From assembly GCA_937864035.1 (NCBI GenBank), contig CALMIO010000002.1:243877-307876 (forward strand): a stretch of DNA of 64,000 nt, written 5' to 3'. Below are positions 21,965 through 31,100 of the stretch, one piece after another. The stretch's first letter is position 1, and the number at the start of each line of letters is the position of its first letter. Origin of the DNA: an uncultured Pseudomonadota bacterium. GTDB taxonomy: Bacteria > Bdellovibrionota_C > UBA2361 > CALMIO01. The notes under the pieces were generated by a model. That model had not been told where the DNA came from. It was given only the letters and a program-made list of their open reading frames with translations, and did not search any database. Made by a program: the position numbers and the translations under genes.

Positions 21965-22762
21965 ATGTCAAAAATAAGATCTGTTATATTAGCTGGCGGT
22001 CGGGGAACGAGAATGCGAGTTGATCTGCCAAAAGTTTTGGTTTCTACCCTAGAAAAACCCTTACTTGCGCATGCAATTGACACCCTAATGGGGGTCGATA
22101 TTGATAAAATTATTTTAGTTGTCTCTTATAAAGCTGAACTAGTGGTTAAATTTATTAACCAAAACGTTGCACCCCTTAAAACACCGATTTTTTTCGCAAA
22201 ACAAGAGCAACCACTTGGCACCGGAGACGCGCTCAAGGCGGCTTGGAATTTTGATAGGAGCTTTTCAGGAACATTTTTAGTTACCAGCGGAGATGTGCCG
22301 CTCACAAAACCCCAAACAATAAAAAATTTATTAGAGCTTCATAAAGGCAGCAGTAATACCATAAGCTTCGTTTCTTTTAGGTATGGTGAGGAAGAGGTGG
22401 CGACTTCTCCTTACGGTCGAATAAAGAGAGACTCATTTGGTAAGGTTGTAAAAATTATAGAAAAAAAAGACTGCTTGCCTGAAGAACTTGGAATTGCCGA
22501 ACAAAACGGAGGAATTTACGTAATTGAAAGCTCTTTTTTGGAGCTTGGATTTTACCACCTAAACAACAATAATGCTCAAAACGAATATTATTTGACAGAC
22601 TTGGTAGAAATAGCGATAAATAACAATTTAAAAGTGGAAGCGTATGATATAGCAAGTCGCCGAGAAATCTTAGGGGTAAACACCCAAGAAGAGCTGGCGG
22701 TAATAAATCAAATTTTGGAAAATGAAAATATTCGAGAAAGAGATCTTAGCCAAAGGAATTAG
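21965..22762 (+). CDS. Sugar-1-phosphate nucleotidyltransferase resembling the N-terminal uridyltransferase domain of GlmU only (265 aa, no LbH acetyltransferase domain)
   Basis: VILAGGRGTRMRVDLPKVL is the GlmU-type signature, followed by GTGDA. Protein ends where the GlmU LbH domain would begin. Confidence 0.65.
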   Translation: MSKIRSVILAGGRGTRMRVDLPKVLVSTLEKPLLAHAIDTLMGVDIDKIILVVSYKAELVVKFINQNVAPLKTPIFFAKQEQPLGTGDALKAAWNFDRSFSGTFLVTSGDVPLTKPQTIKNLLELHKGSSNTISFVSFRYGEEEVATSPYGRIKRDSFGKVVKIIEKKDCLPEELGIAEQNGGIYVIESSFLELGFYHLNNNNAQNEYYLTDLVEIAINNNLKVEAYDIASRREILGVNTQEELAVINQILENENIRERDLSQRN

Positions 22763-23060
22763 GTTTTCAATCACAGAAAACGAGAGAGAAGTCGCGCGCG
22801 CCTATCTTTATCTAATGAACAATGATTTACACCAAGAGCCGTTTGGTTTACTGGAAGATGTTTTTGTTGATGAGAAAGACAGAAGCGCTGGCTTAGGAAA
22901 AAAAATAGTTCAAACGGTTATAGATAAAGCCAAAGAACTTGGATGTTATAAACTTATCGCTACTAGCCGCTACAGCAGACCGCAAGTGCACGAGATGTAT
23001 TTAAAACTTGGCTTTAAAGATCAAGGCAAAGAGTTTAGAATTGATTTTACAAAAGAGTAA
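22722..23060 (+). CDS. GNAT family N-acetyltransferase (112 aa), overlapping the preceding gene by 41 nt
   Basis: GNAT acetyl-CoA motif AGLGKKIVQTVIDKAKELGCYKLIA. Confidence 0.7.
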   Translation: MKIFEKEILAKGIRFSITENEREVARAYLYLMNNDLHQEPFGLLEDVFVDEKDRSAGLGKKIVQTVIDKAKELGCYKLIATSRYSRPQVHEMYLKLGFKDQGKEFRIDFTKE

Positions 23061-23081
23061 GTTTTTGCCACAACAAAAAAA

Positions 23082-25175
23082 CTACCTAAGATCAGCTTCG
23101 CTGATCTTGGAGTTTTTTGATCCTTCAATTTCAACTTGCAGAGGGGAAATTGCTATCAAAGAGCGCGGAAGAGGACACCCTATTTTTTTTGAAGGAACAA
23201 GCTCTCGGCAGGGTGTTGTTTGGCGGTTGATAGTTATTTTGGGGGGGGACTCATAGGTATTAAACAGCAAAATAAGAGTTCGATAATCATGTCTGGCTGG
23301 AATAAAAAATCTCGTGCTTGGAGACTCAAATAAGCGAGATTTAATTTTTATTAACAAAACCAGCTCGTTTAAAATTCTTACCACCTCTAAATAGTTGGAG
23401 TATTTTGCCAGACCCGACAAAATATATTCGCGCCGATCTACCGGATATTTATCAAGCCGGAGTATTATGTATTCAAGCTCTGGAAATTGAGCTAGGGTCA
23501 TTAACGAACGCTCGTCGGGAAAGTTGGCGAACTTTTTAGGTAAGAGCTGATGCAATCTTGGTCGTTGTCCACTGTAGCCATTGATACTTTTGATTTTTGG
23601 CGAGCGAATTGAGTTTAAATGCTCCATGTTGGTATTTGCCCAATCTTTCCAGCTTGTTATTTCGCCATTTTTGTCGAGTGGCGTTGTAACAAGCGGTAAG
23701 CTAAGAACCACCTTTTCATTTAAATAATTTGGCAAAGAGAGTTTTTTGGGGATCGGACCAAAGTTAATCGCTTGCGAATCGAACAGGTTAAATAATATAG
23801 AAAGTATCAATAAGATTAAGGAAAAACGGGATATCAGCAGACAATTTTTCTGATTTTGAAGGTGGATCAATTTTTCTTTAAGATTTTTTTTGAAGCCTTT
23901 CTTTTCCAACAAAAGAAGCAGAGAAACAACCAGAGCAAAATGAGAGAGAATGACGAAACGAGAGCAATCCCTCAGACTATCAAATCCGGGGAAAAAGTCA
24001 AATAAAAAATGATAGGGCGAAATATAAAAGCTACTAGAAATATTTTTTATATTTTCGGCCGGAGGGCCAAGAGAGAAAAGAAGTCCAAACCAAAAAATTA
24101 AAAGCGTGAAACTAAGAGGGAAAAGTTCTTTTTTTGTCCTAAGGGGAATTGATAAAGTAAATAAAAAGACAATCCATAAAAAGATGCTCTTAAGCCAAAG
24201 GGGAACATTCAATTCGGTTGCCGATAATAAAACCAGAGTTGCCAAAAGCTGAAAGAGCGAGGAAAGAAAAATATTTTGATGGTCAGAGGATTTTCTTTGA
24301 GCTTTCCAAGTTGAGATTAGCGCCAAGACAAAAGATAGAATAACAAAAAAAGAGAAAGAGGAGGCGGTTTCTCCGGAAAAAGGCAGAAGGTTTAAGACCG
24401 ATAGTTTAAAAGCAAACGGCTCATATAGGCGGCGCGCGCCGAAACTTTGCTTTACCACCAGATAAGGCGCGATAAAAATGTATAAAAAAGGTAGGGGAAT
24501 GAGCGCAAAAGAAAATCGCTTAATTGAGAACTCTCCCCTTAAAAAAGAGAGTACGACAAAAAGAAAAATAATTACTCCGATAAAGATAGTATAATAAACC
24601 GAGCAGAGAAAAGATAAACTTAATATGACTCCGCAGGAAAAAGCCGAAAGGGCCGTTGGTTTTTCGTTGAATAAATAAAGAGAGCGAAGTGCAAGGGGGA
24701 TGAAGAAAAAAAACAACAGTTGTGGGTGTCCTAAATTCGCTGAAAAATACGGCAATGACATTACCGCCACTCCTCCAAGGATAGATCTGCCAAAGGAAAT
24801 TTTTAAGACGCGCAGTAGAAGAAAAGAGCAAAATCCGTTTAGGGTTTCAGCTAAAAGTAACAACAAATTATAAGAAAGAGCTTCGCTAACCCCAAACGAG
24901 AGAATAATTTTCCAAAATAAAGCGGGTAAAATAAAAGAATCGCTCCAAGCCAAAGCTAATCCGTGTGGATAAAATTGAGGGATCTCAAACCAAGGCAGGC
25001 TAAAAATTGATTCTGAGACGATGTTACTTAGCCAAAAATATAGGCCGCCATCTCCTACTGCCCCACCGATAATATGTGTGTTAAAATAAGGTACTCCTGA
25101 TAGCCTTAGAAGGATCTCTAAAACAACAAAAAGAAAAAAAACAAAAAAATATTGTGGTTTAACGGGGTAGCCCAT
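23082..25175 (-). CDS. Large polytopic membrane protein (697 aa) with C-terminal soluble domain; putative GT-C-like glycosyltransferase, paralogous to 56113-57735
   Basis: More than 10 predicted TM segments. N-terminal loop DGGLYFWLSN...FYPHGLALAWSDSFILPA aligns with DAFQFLWNIWW...FWPFGSRLYLHTLTEGLLLPA of the 540-aa protein. Confidence 0.5.
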   Translation of the reverse strand: MGYPVKPQYFFVFFLFVVLEILLRLSGVPYFNTHIIGGAVGDGGLYFWLSNIVSESIFSLPWFEIPQFYPHGLALAWSDSFILPALFWKIILSFGVSEALSYNLLLLLAETLNGFCSFLLLRVLKISFGRSILGGVAVMSLPYFSANLGHPQLLFFFFIPLALRSLYLFNEKPTALSAFSCGVILSLSFLCSVYYTIFIGVIIFLFVVLSFLRGEFSIKRFSFALIPLPFLYIFIAPYLVVKQSFGARRLYEPFAFKLSVLNLLPFSGETASSFSFFVILSFVLALISTWKAQRKSSDHQNIFLSSLFQLLATLVLLSATELNVPLWLKSIFLWIVFLFTLSIPLRTKKELFPLSFTLLIFWFGLLFSLGPPAENIKNISSSFYISPYHFLFDFFPGFDSLRDCSRFVILSHFALVVSLLLLLEKKGFKKNLKEKLIHLQNQKNCLLISRFSLILLILSILFNLFDSQAINFGPIPKKLSLPNYLNEKVVLSLPLVTTPLDKNGEITSWKDWANTNMEHLNSIRSPKIKSINGYSGQRPRLHQLLPKKFANFPDERSLMTLAQFPELEYIILRLDKYPVDRREYILSGLAKYSNYLEVVRILNELVLLIKIKSRLFESPSTRFFIPARHDYRTLILLFNTYESPPKITINRQTTPCRELVPSKKIGCPLPRSLIAISPLQVEIEGSKNSKISEADLR

Positions 25176-25259
25176 GAAATTATTTTAAATCCTTTTTTTT
25201 AATTTAAGCAGAGAGTAATTTTTGCTTTTTTTTAAACGCCGCAACGAACGAGCTCGCTA

Positions 25260-26618
25260 ATGTTAATCGATCTTTTTTTTATAGCTATTTTACTCGGAAT
25301 AAACGCAGTTTTAACCGCCATAGAGCTTTCAGTTCTCTCAATTAGAAAATCTCGGCTCAAAGAGCTTGCTGAATACGGCGATCAGCGGGCAAAGGTCGCC
25401 CTCTCTATGCTTGAGGAACCGACAGTTTTTCTTGCTTCGGTGCAAACTTATATTACCTTAGTAACTGTGCTTGCTAGTGCCATAGGAGGGGGAAAGCTAT
25501 CTGAGTCTTTATCAGTTGAACTTCAAGGCATACCGACAATCGGAGGGCATGCGAACCTGATCTCTTTTTTTATAGTAGTAGTAGGCATAACTTATCTTAC
25601 CCTAATTATTGGAGAACTTTTGCCAAAGCGGCTAGCTGTAAATTACGCTGAAGAGATAACGGTGCTCACAGCAAAACCAATTAGTTTTTTAATTAAAATA
25701 TCTAGACCGCTAGTTTGGCTTTTTTCAAAGTCAACAGATTTTTGTCTTAAATTTTTTGGAGCCAAACACGCAAAAGAAAAACCTTTTAGCGAAGAAGAGA
25801 TCGCGATAGTTCTTGCTTATGGAAAAGAAGTTGGGGTATTTGAAGAGCAAGAAACGGCGATGATAGAGCGGGTTTTTAAGCTCGATCAAAGATCGATAGA
25901 TCTTTTAATGACCCCACGTGGCGACATTTTTTGGATAGATCTTAACGCTCTTAACCAACAAACTTGGCGCGATTTAGCAAATTCCGGGCACTCTTATTTT
26001 CCTGTTTGCAGAGATTCGCTAGATAATCTAGAGGGAGTTATTGGCATAAAAGATCTTTGGAAAATTTCTCAAGATTTAATTTTTACAGAGAGCCATCTGA
26101 GAGAAGAAGGTAACCCCAACGAAGGCCGCTCTAAGACCAGCATAAAATTTGAAGAAAAAATAGAATCAATTTTAAAAAAGCCACTAATTCTTCCCGGATC
26201 AATTTCGGCTTTTGAAGCGTTGGAGCAATTTAAGAAAAATAAAGTTCATTTTGCCATCGTTATTAACGAACATGGAACCATAGAAGGATTAATTACGATT
26301 AACGATCTCGTTCAGGTTGTAATGGGAGAGATGCCAGCTTTGGCTGAAAGAAGCAATCCATTGGTGGTTGAAAGGCAAGATGGCTCACATTTAATAGACG
26401 GTTTGTTGCCGTTTGATGACTTTAAGGCTTTGTATAAGATTAAAACCCCTCAGGGCGAAGAGGCTCGCTACAAAAGTTTGGCTGGATTCATTCTTGATCA
26501 TCTTGGGCATTTTCCAGAGATCGGAGAAAGATTTGAATGTTATGGGATCCTTTTTGAGATTGTCGACATGGATCGGCACAAAATTGACCGAGTATTAACA
26601 AGAAAGCTTAGTAATTAA
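25260..26618 (+). CDS. HlyC/CorC (CNNM/TlyC) family transporter: DUF21 membrane domain, CBS pair and CorC_HlyC C-terminal domain
   Basis: N-terminal IAILLGINAVLTAIELSVLSIRKSRL is the DUF21 signature. Length and domain order are typical. Confidence 0.82.
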   Translation: MLIDLFFIAILLGINAVLTAIELSVLSIRKSRLKELAEYGDQRAKVALSMLEEPTVFLASVQTYITLVTVLASAIGGGKLSESLSVELQGIPTIGGHANLISFFIVVVGITYLTLIIGELLPKRLAVNYAEEITVLTAKPISFLIKISRPLVWLFSKSTDFCLKFFGAKHAKEKPFSEEEIAIVLAYGKEVGVFEEQETAMIERVFKLDQRSIDLLMTPRGDIFWIDLNALNQQTWRDLANSGHSYFPVCRDSLDNLEGVIGIKDLWKISQDLIFTESHLREEGNPNEGRSKTSIKFEEKIESILKKPLILPGSISAFEALEQFKKNKVHFAIVINEHGTIEGLITINDLVQVVMGEMPALAERSNPLVVERQDGSHLIDGLLPFDDFKALYKIKTPQGEEARYKSLAGFILDHLGHFPEIGERFECYGILFEIVDMDRHKIDRVLTRKLSN

Positions 26619-27117
26619 TCTTATCAAGATTTTCTCCACCCGAAACAAGCCATAATCTATTTATTTTAACCAGATTGATTCTTATTGGATGAATTTCTTG
26701 AAAATAGTCCGTACGGCCACAATCGCGACCAAGCAGTTTGGCGTCGGCGGTTGCTAAGGCTCGCTCTTTTTCAATTTTTATTTTGATATTTGTCAGCTCA
26801 AGTGAAATCTCGCAGAGAGATTTTTTGAGAGATAGATAATCATTTGCCAGCTCCTTTTTTGTTCTTTGATATTTTTTATTCTCGTTTTCAAGGTTTAAGG
26901 TTGCGGCGAACTTCTCGGCAAAGTTTTCGGCGAAATCTTTGGAGGAGATCAAAGCTTCATACGCCTTAAATTCTTCCTGGTTGTAATTCAAAAAAGAGCA
27001 AATTAGTTTGATTTTATCTAAAACAAGCCGCTCATCGGAGGGTTTTAAGATAAAATACAAAAGCGCCGCGACAAATGGCGGAATTAAAATAAAGATGATT
27101 TTTTTCTTTATTTTCAA
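26608..27117 (-). CDS. Hypothetical membrane-anchored protein (single N-terminal TM, coiled-coil rich)
   Basis: MKIKKKIIFILIPPFVAALLYFIL then charged helical sequence. Directly downstream of the HD-domain gene. Confidence 0.4.
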   Translation of the reverse strand: MKIKKKIIFILIPPFVAALLYFILKPSDERLVLDKIKLICSFLNYNQEEFKAYEALISSKDFAENFAEKFAATLNLENENKKYQRTKKELANDYLSLKKSLCEISLELTNIKIKIEKERALATADAKLLGRDCGRTDYFQEIHPIRINLVKINRLWLVSGGENLDKINY

Positions 27118-27123
27118 AAACAG

Positions 27124-28044
27124 CTAAAAATTTTCTACTTTTGGCAGAGAGAGCGAAAATCTTTGATATATTTGATCTAGCGCGGCCGAAGCAAATTCTT
27201 TCGTAAAAGCTCCACTATTTATAACAACTCTCACCATTTCGAGCAGGGCTGGATCATCTCCGCGACAATCAAAAAAACATCCTAAAACATCTTTTGGAGA
27301 AAATCCTTGCCTGCAATTTCGCAAATCATTTCTAAAGCGCGCAGAGAAAAAATCTACGACAGAAAGCAATTTGGCAAATTTAATTATTCCCTCACTTTCT
27401 GGATCATAAGGGAGATCTCTTGTGAGTTCCCTTATTTTTTCTTTGCTTGGATAGGGGTCGGTCTGAAAAGTATGGTGGAGCAGACAAATAACAGCCTCTT
27501 CTTTGAGGTTATTTTTTATAAGAAAACGGAAAGAATTTTCCGGATGAGTCTTAAGTTCCGCAATCTTTAAGGGGTTATCTCCTGGACCATTTGAAGTTAT
27601 TTCATCTCTTAGTTTGAATTTTTCTCTTTGATCGCCGTTTGCGCCAAAGGTAATATCTCCAATATCTTTTTTTCCTACATCATGGAGCAACCCGACAATA
27701 AAGGCTTTCTTCGGATCAAATTTGTATTCGTCTGCTATTGAAGACAAAACCAGCGCCACTTCAATTGAATGACTCCAAGTCTCTCTAGATTGGGGATTAA
27801 CATACGAGAGCTCCATCAATCCATTGCGAATTATTTTAAGGTTGGTTTGATCAACCCTCAGCAATCCAACAGCACGCTCAGCATTTCTTTGTAACCTTTT
27901 ATTTTTCTCTGATACTGAGTCGTTGGTGTTTTTGGAAAGCGCGAGAGACGGCGTCTCAAGAGGGGTCTTTAAAAGTCCCCTAGCTAATTCTTTTATAGCG
28001 AATCTTGTAAAAAACCGATCGACGTTCGCTACTTGTATGAGCAT
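27124..28044 (-). CDS. HD-domain phosphohydrolase with a degenerate HD-GYP signature
   Basis: SHSIEVA...LLHDVGKKDI...HPENSFRFL...LLHHTFQTDPYP. The metal-binding H/HD residues are present but the HHExxDGxGYP motif is reduced to HHTFQTDPYP. Confidence 0.6.
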   Translation of the reverse strand: MLIQVANVDRFFTRFAIKELARGLLKTPLETPSLALSKNTNDSVSEKNKRLQRNAERAVGLLRVDQTNLKIIRNGLMELSYVNPQSRETWSHSIEVALVLSSIADEYKFDPKKAFIVGLLHDVGKKDIGDITFGANGDQREKFKLRDEITSNGPGDNPLKIAELKTHPENSFRFLIKNNLKEEAVICLLHHTFQTDPYPSKEKIRELTRDLPYDPESEGIIKFAKLLSVVDFFSARFRNDLRNCRQGFSPKDVLGCFFDCRGDDPALLEMVRVVINSGAFTKEFASAALDQIYQRFSLSLPKVENF

Positions 28045-28156
28045 AAACTCTCAACTAATGGAGGCATTTTTAGATCTTAAAATAATTTTGGGACCTAAGA
28101 AAGTATAAATTGACCCAAAAAAACGAGAGAAATCAATCGGTTGTTAACGACAAGTC

Positions 28157-31100
28157 TTATAAGGCTTTTTCTGATCCCAGGCGCAATAAAGATTCTTTTA
28201 AAAAACCTCCCCAAGCAGTTTTGGCTTCGAGTAGTTTTCTAGATTCGCCCTGAAAAACTATTTTTCCACCTTCCTCTCCCGACTTTGGTCCAAGCTCAAT
28301 GATCCAATCGGCGTTAGCCAATGCGATCTCGTTATGTTCGATCATAATGATGGTGTTTCCCGAACTAGCTAATTTTTTTAGAAAAGCCATCAGTTTGGCA
28401 ACATCGCTATTGTGCAAACCGGTAGTTGGTTCGTCCAAGATAAATAAGGTGTTGGATGCGTTTTCGATTGCTAACTGCTCTGCTAGTTTAATTCTTTGGC
28501 TTTCGCCTCCAGAGAGTGAGTTTGAGGGTTGTCCTAAAGTTAGATATCCTAAACCCAATTCACAAACAGCTAATACCACCCGATGAATGTTTTTGTAAGA
28601 AACAAAAAGATTTTTAGCCTCTTCGAAGGTTAAACCTAGTATTTGGTCAACACTCAAGCCTTCAAATTTCGGAATTTTTGCTAGTTCGCCATAGCGCGAA
28701 CCACCGCAAGTTTCACAGATCATTACAGCATCCGCCAAAAAACTCATTTCTAGCTTAATCTCTCCCAAACCTTTGCAAATTTGGCAACGCCCCTCGCCAG
28801 CGTTGAAGGAAAAATAGCTTGGCGAAAAACCTCGAGCTTTAGCCTCTAAGGTATTGGCGAAAATTTTTCTTATATGATCCCAAATTCCGAGATAAGAAGC
28901 CGGTGTTGAGCGAGAGGTTCCACCTATCGGAGATTGATCGACGGTCTTGACACCGATTATTTCAAGATCGCTAGTAATTTCACCGTATGGAGAAAGCCAT
29001 TTTTTTTCTTTGCCATATTTTGAACAGATAGTTTCCGCGATAGTTCCATTTACTAAACTGCTTTTACCAGCTCCAGATACCCCTGCCACCACGACTACGT
29101 ATTGTAATGGAATTTTTAAATCCAATGATTTTAGGTTGTTTAAGCGGGCATTTTTAACGGTGAGCCACTTTGTTAAAAATTTTTTTTCGGAAGCTTCGAC
29201 CTCAATATTATTGAAAGAAAGAGCTTCAGCGACTTTAAAATTTTTTGAGTCTCCGTTATAGATAATTTTGCCACCGTTTTTACCCCCACCCGGACCAACG
29301 TCAATCACATAATCAGCCGCTCGAATTGATTCGAGATCGTGCTCAATCATTAAAACGGAGTTGCCTTGCTCGACCAGTTCCCTGAGAGCCGCTAGCGTTA
29401 ATCTATTTTCGAGAGGATGAAGCCCCGCGCTTGGTTCGTCAAATATATAAAACGTGCCCGTAAGGGGCGAGCCTATAGCTGAGGCAATTCTGAGCCTTTG
29501 CAGTTCGCCGCTAGAGAGTTGGCGGGCGCTTCTGTCAAGCGGCAGGTAACTCAAGCCCAGTTTAATTAACGTTTCTAACCTCCTTTCGCACTCTGAGATA
29601 ATAACCGGAGCTAGCTTCTCTAGTTTGGGAAAGCTTTTAAGGTTAATACTCTTTAAAAAGCCTAGCATTTCGGGGGGCGTTTTTGAGGCGGCTTCGGCTA
29701 TATTAAGACCGTTGATTGTCAAACAGAGAGCTTCCCTTTTTAATCTGGCGCCGCCGCAAAATTTACAAAAAGCGCCAGTTTCTTCAAAGCCGCTTCCCGA
29801 ACAAGATGGACAAGCACCGCGTCTAGAGATAAATGAGAGATCTTCCGGATCGGGTTTTGAAAACCCCCGTCCGCACTCAGAGCAACTTCTTTTGGCGCTA
29901 TAAAGATAAGAATTGTTATCAGAAAAAATTTCGAGCGCTCCTTCTCCAAGAGCTAGCGCCTTGTTAACGCACTCTATTAGCAAGTCAGAGGGAATATTAG
30001 CTGGATTTAATTTGCCAATGACGTATTTAATCCAGTGTTGTTTGTTGCGATCAAGAGAGTCAAGCGCAGAATTTGGCGAACAAAACAGGATTCGATCAAT
30101 TTGAATTTCGTCGTAACCTTCGTCTATTGCTCTTTTAATAATTTCATTGTGCTTGCCCTTTTTGCCGGAAACTATTGGAGCCATTATTCTGATTGATTTA
30201 TTATAGCTCGTTTTGATTTCGGCGGCGATCTCTTCCGCGCTTAGGTCTGAAATTTTGGAAGCAGGGTGATCCGGGCAGTGTTGTAATCCGCATTTGGCGT
30301 AAAGCAATCGCAAATAATTGTAAGCTTCGCTCATTGTGCCCACGGTTGATAATTTTGAGGGCTGAAAGGTGTGCTGATAAACGCAAACAGTTGGAGGTAC
30401 GCCGGAAATATCCAAGATGTCAGGCTTTTTAAGCTCAGAGACGAATTGGCGGGCGTAAGGAGAAAGTGTTTCCAAATATCTTCTTTGCCCCTCGGCGTAG
30501 ATAATATCTTTTGCGATAGTTGATTTCCCAGATCCAGAAACGCCGGTTAAGGCAACTAATTTATAAAGAGGTATTTTGATATCTATGTTTTTTAAGTTGT
30601 GTTCTTTCGCCCCAAAAATTGAAATTTCAGCAAAAGATCCATCCTTTTTGAAATTTTTTTGAATAATTTTATTGGTTTGATCGTCTAATTTTGATCGTTC
30701 TTTAAGAGCAATCTGCGTATAAGATCGTGGATTAAGCTCCCCGCTAATAAAGTCATTCGGAGTTCCAACCTTAATTAATTCTCCTCCCTCAGAGCCTCCT
30801 TCGGGACCAAGATCAATAATCCAATCGGCGCTGGCTATTAGATCAAGATTATGCTCGACACAAATTATACTTTGTCCACGATCTGTTAGCTCGCGAAAGA
30901 GTCGAACTAAGCGAGCAACATCTTTGCGGTGAAGCCCGGTGGTTGGTTCGTCAAATATTAAAAGCGCCTTTTCTTTCTCGGCTTCAACAATAAAGGGGGC
31001 CAATTTAAGTCTTTGAGACTCTCCGCCCGAAAGTTCGCTTAACGGGTGTCCGAGGGTTAAGTGTCCCAAACCTAATTTTTCTAACACCGAAGTTATTTTT

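Noticed and set aside
21790-22083. 97-aa minus-strand ORF overlapping the start of the GlmU-like gene
   Set aside because: Overlaps a gene with a clear nucleotidyltransferase signature and has no recognisable features of its own.
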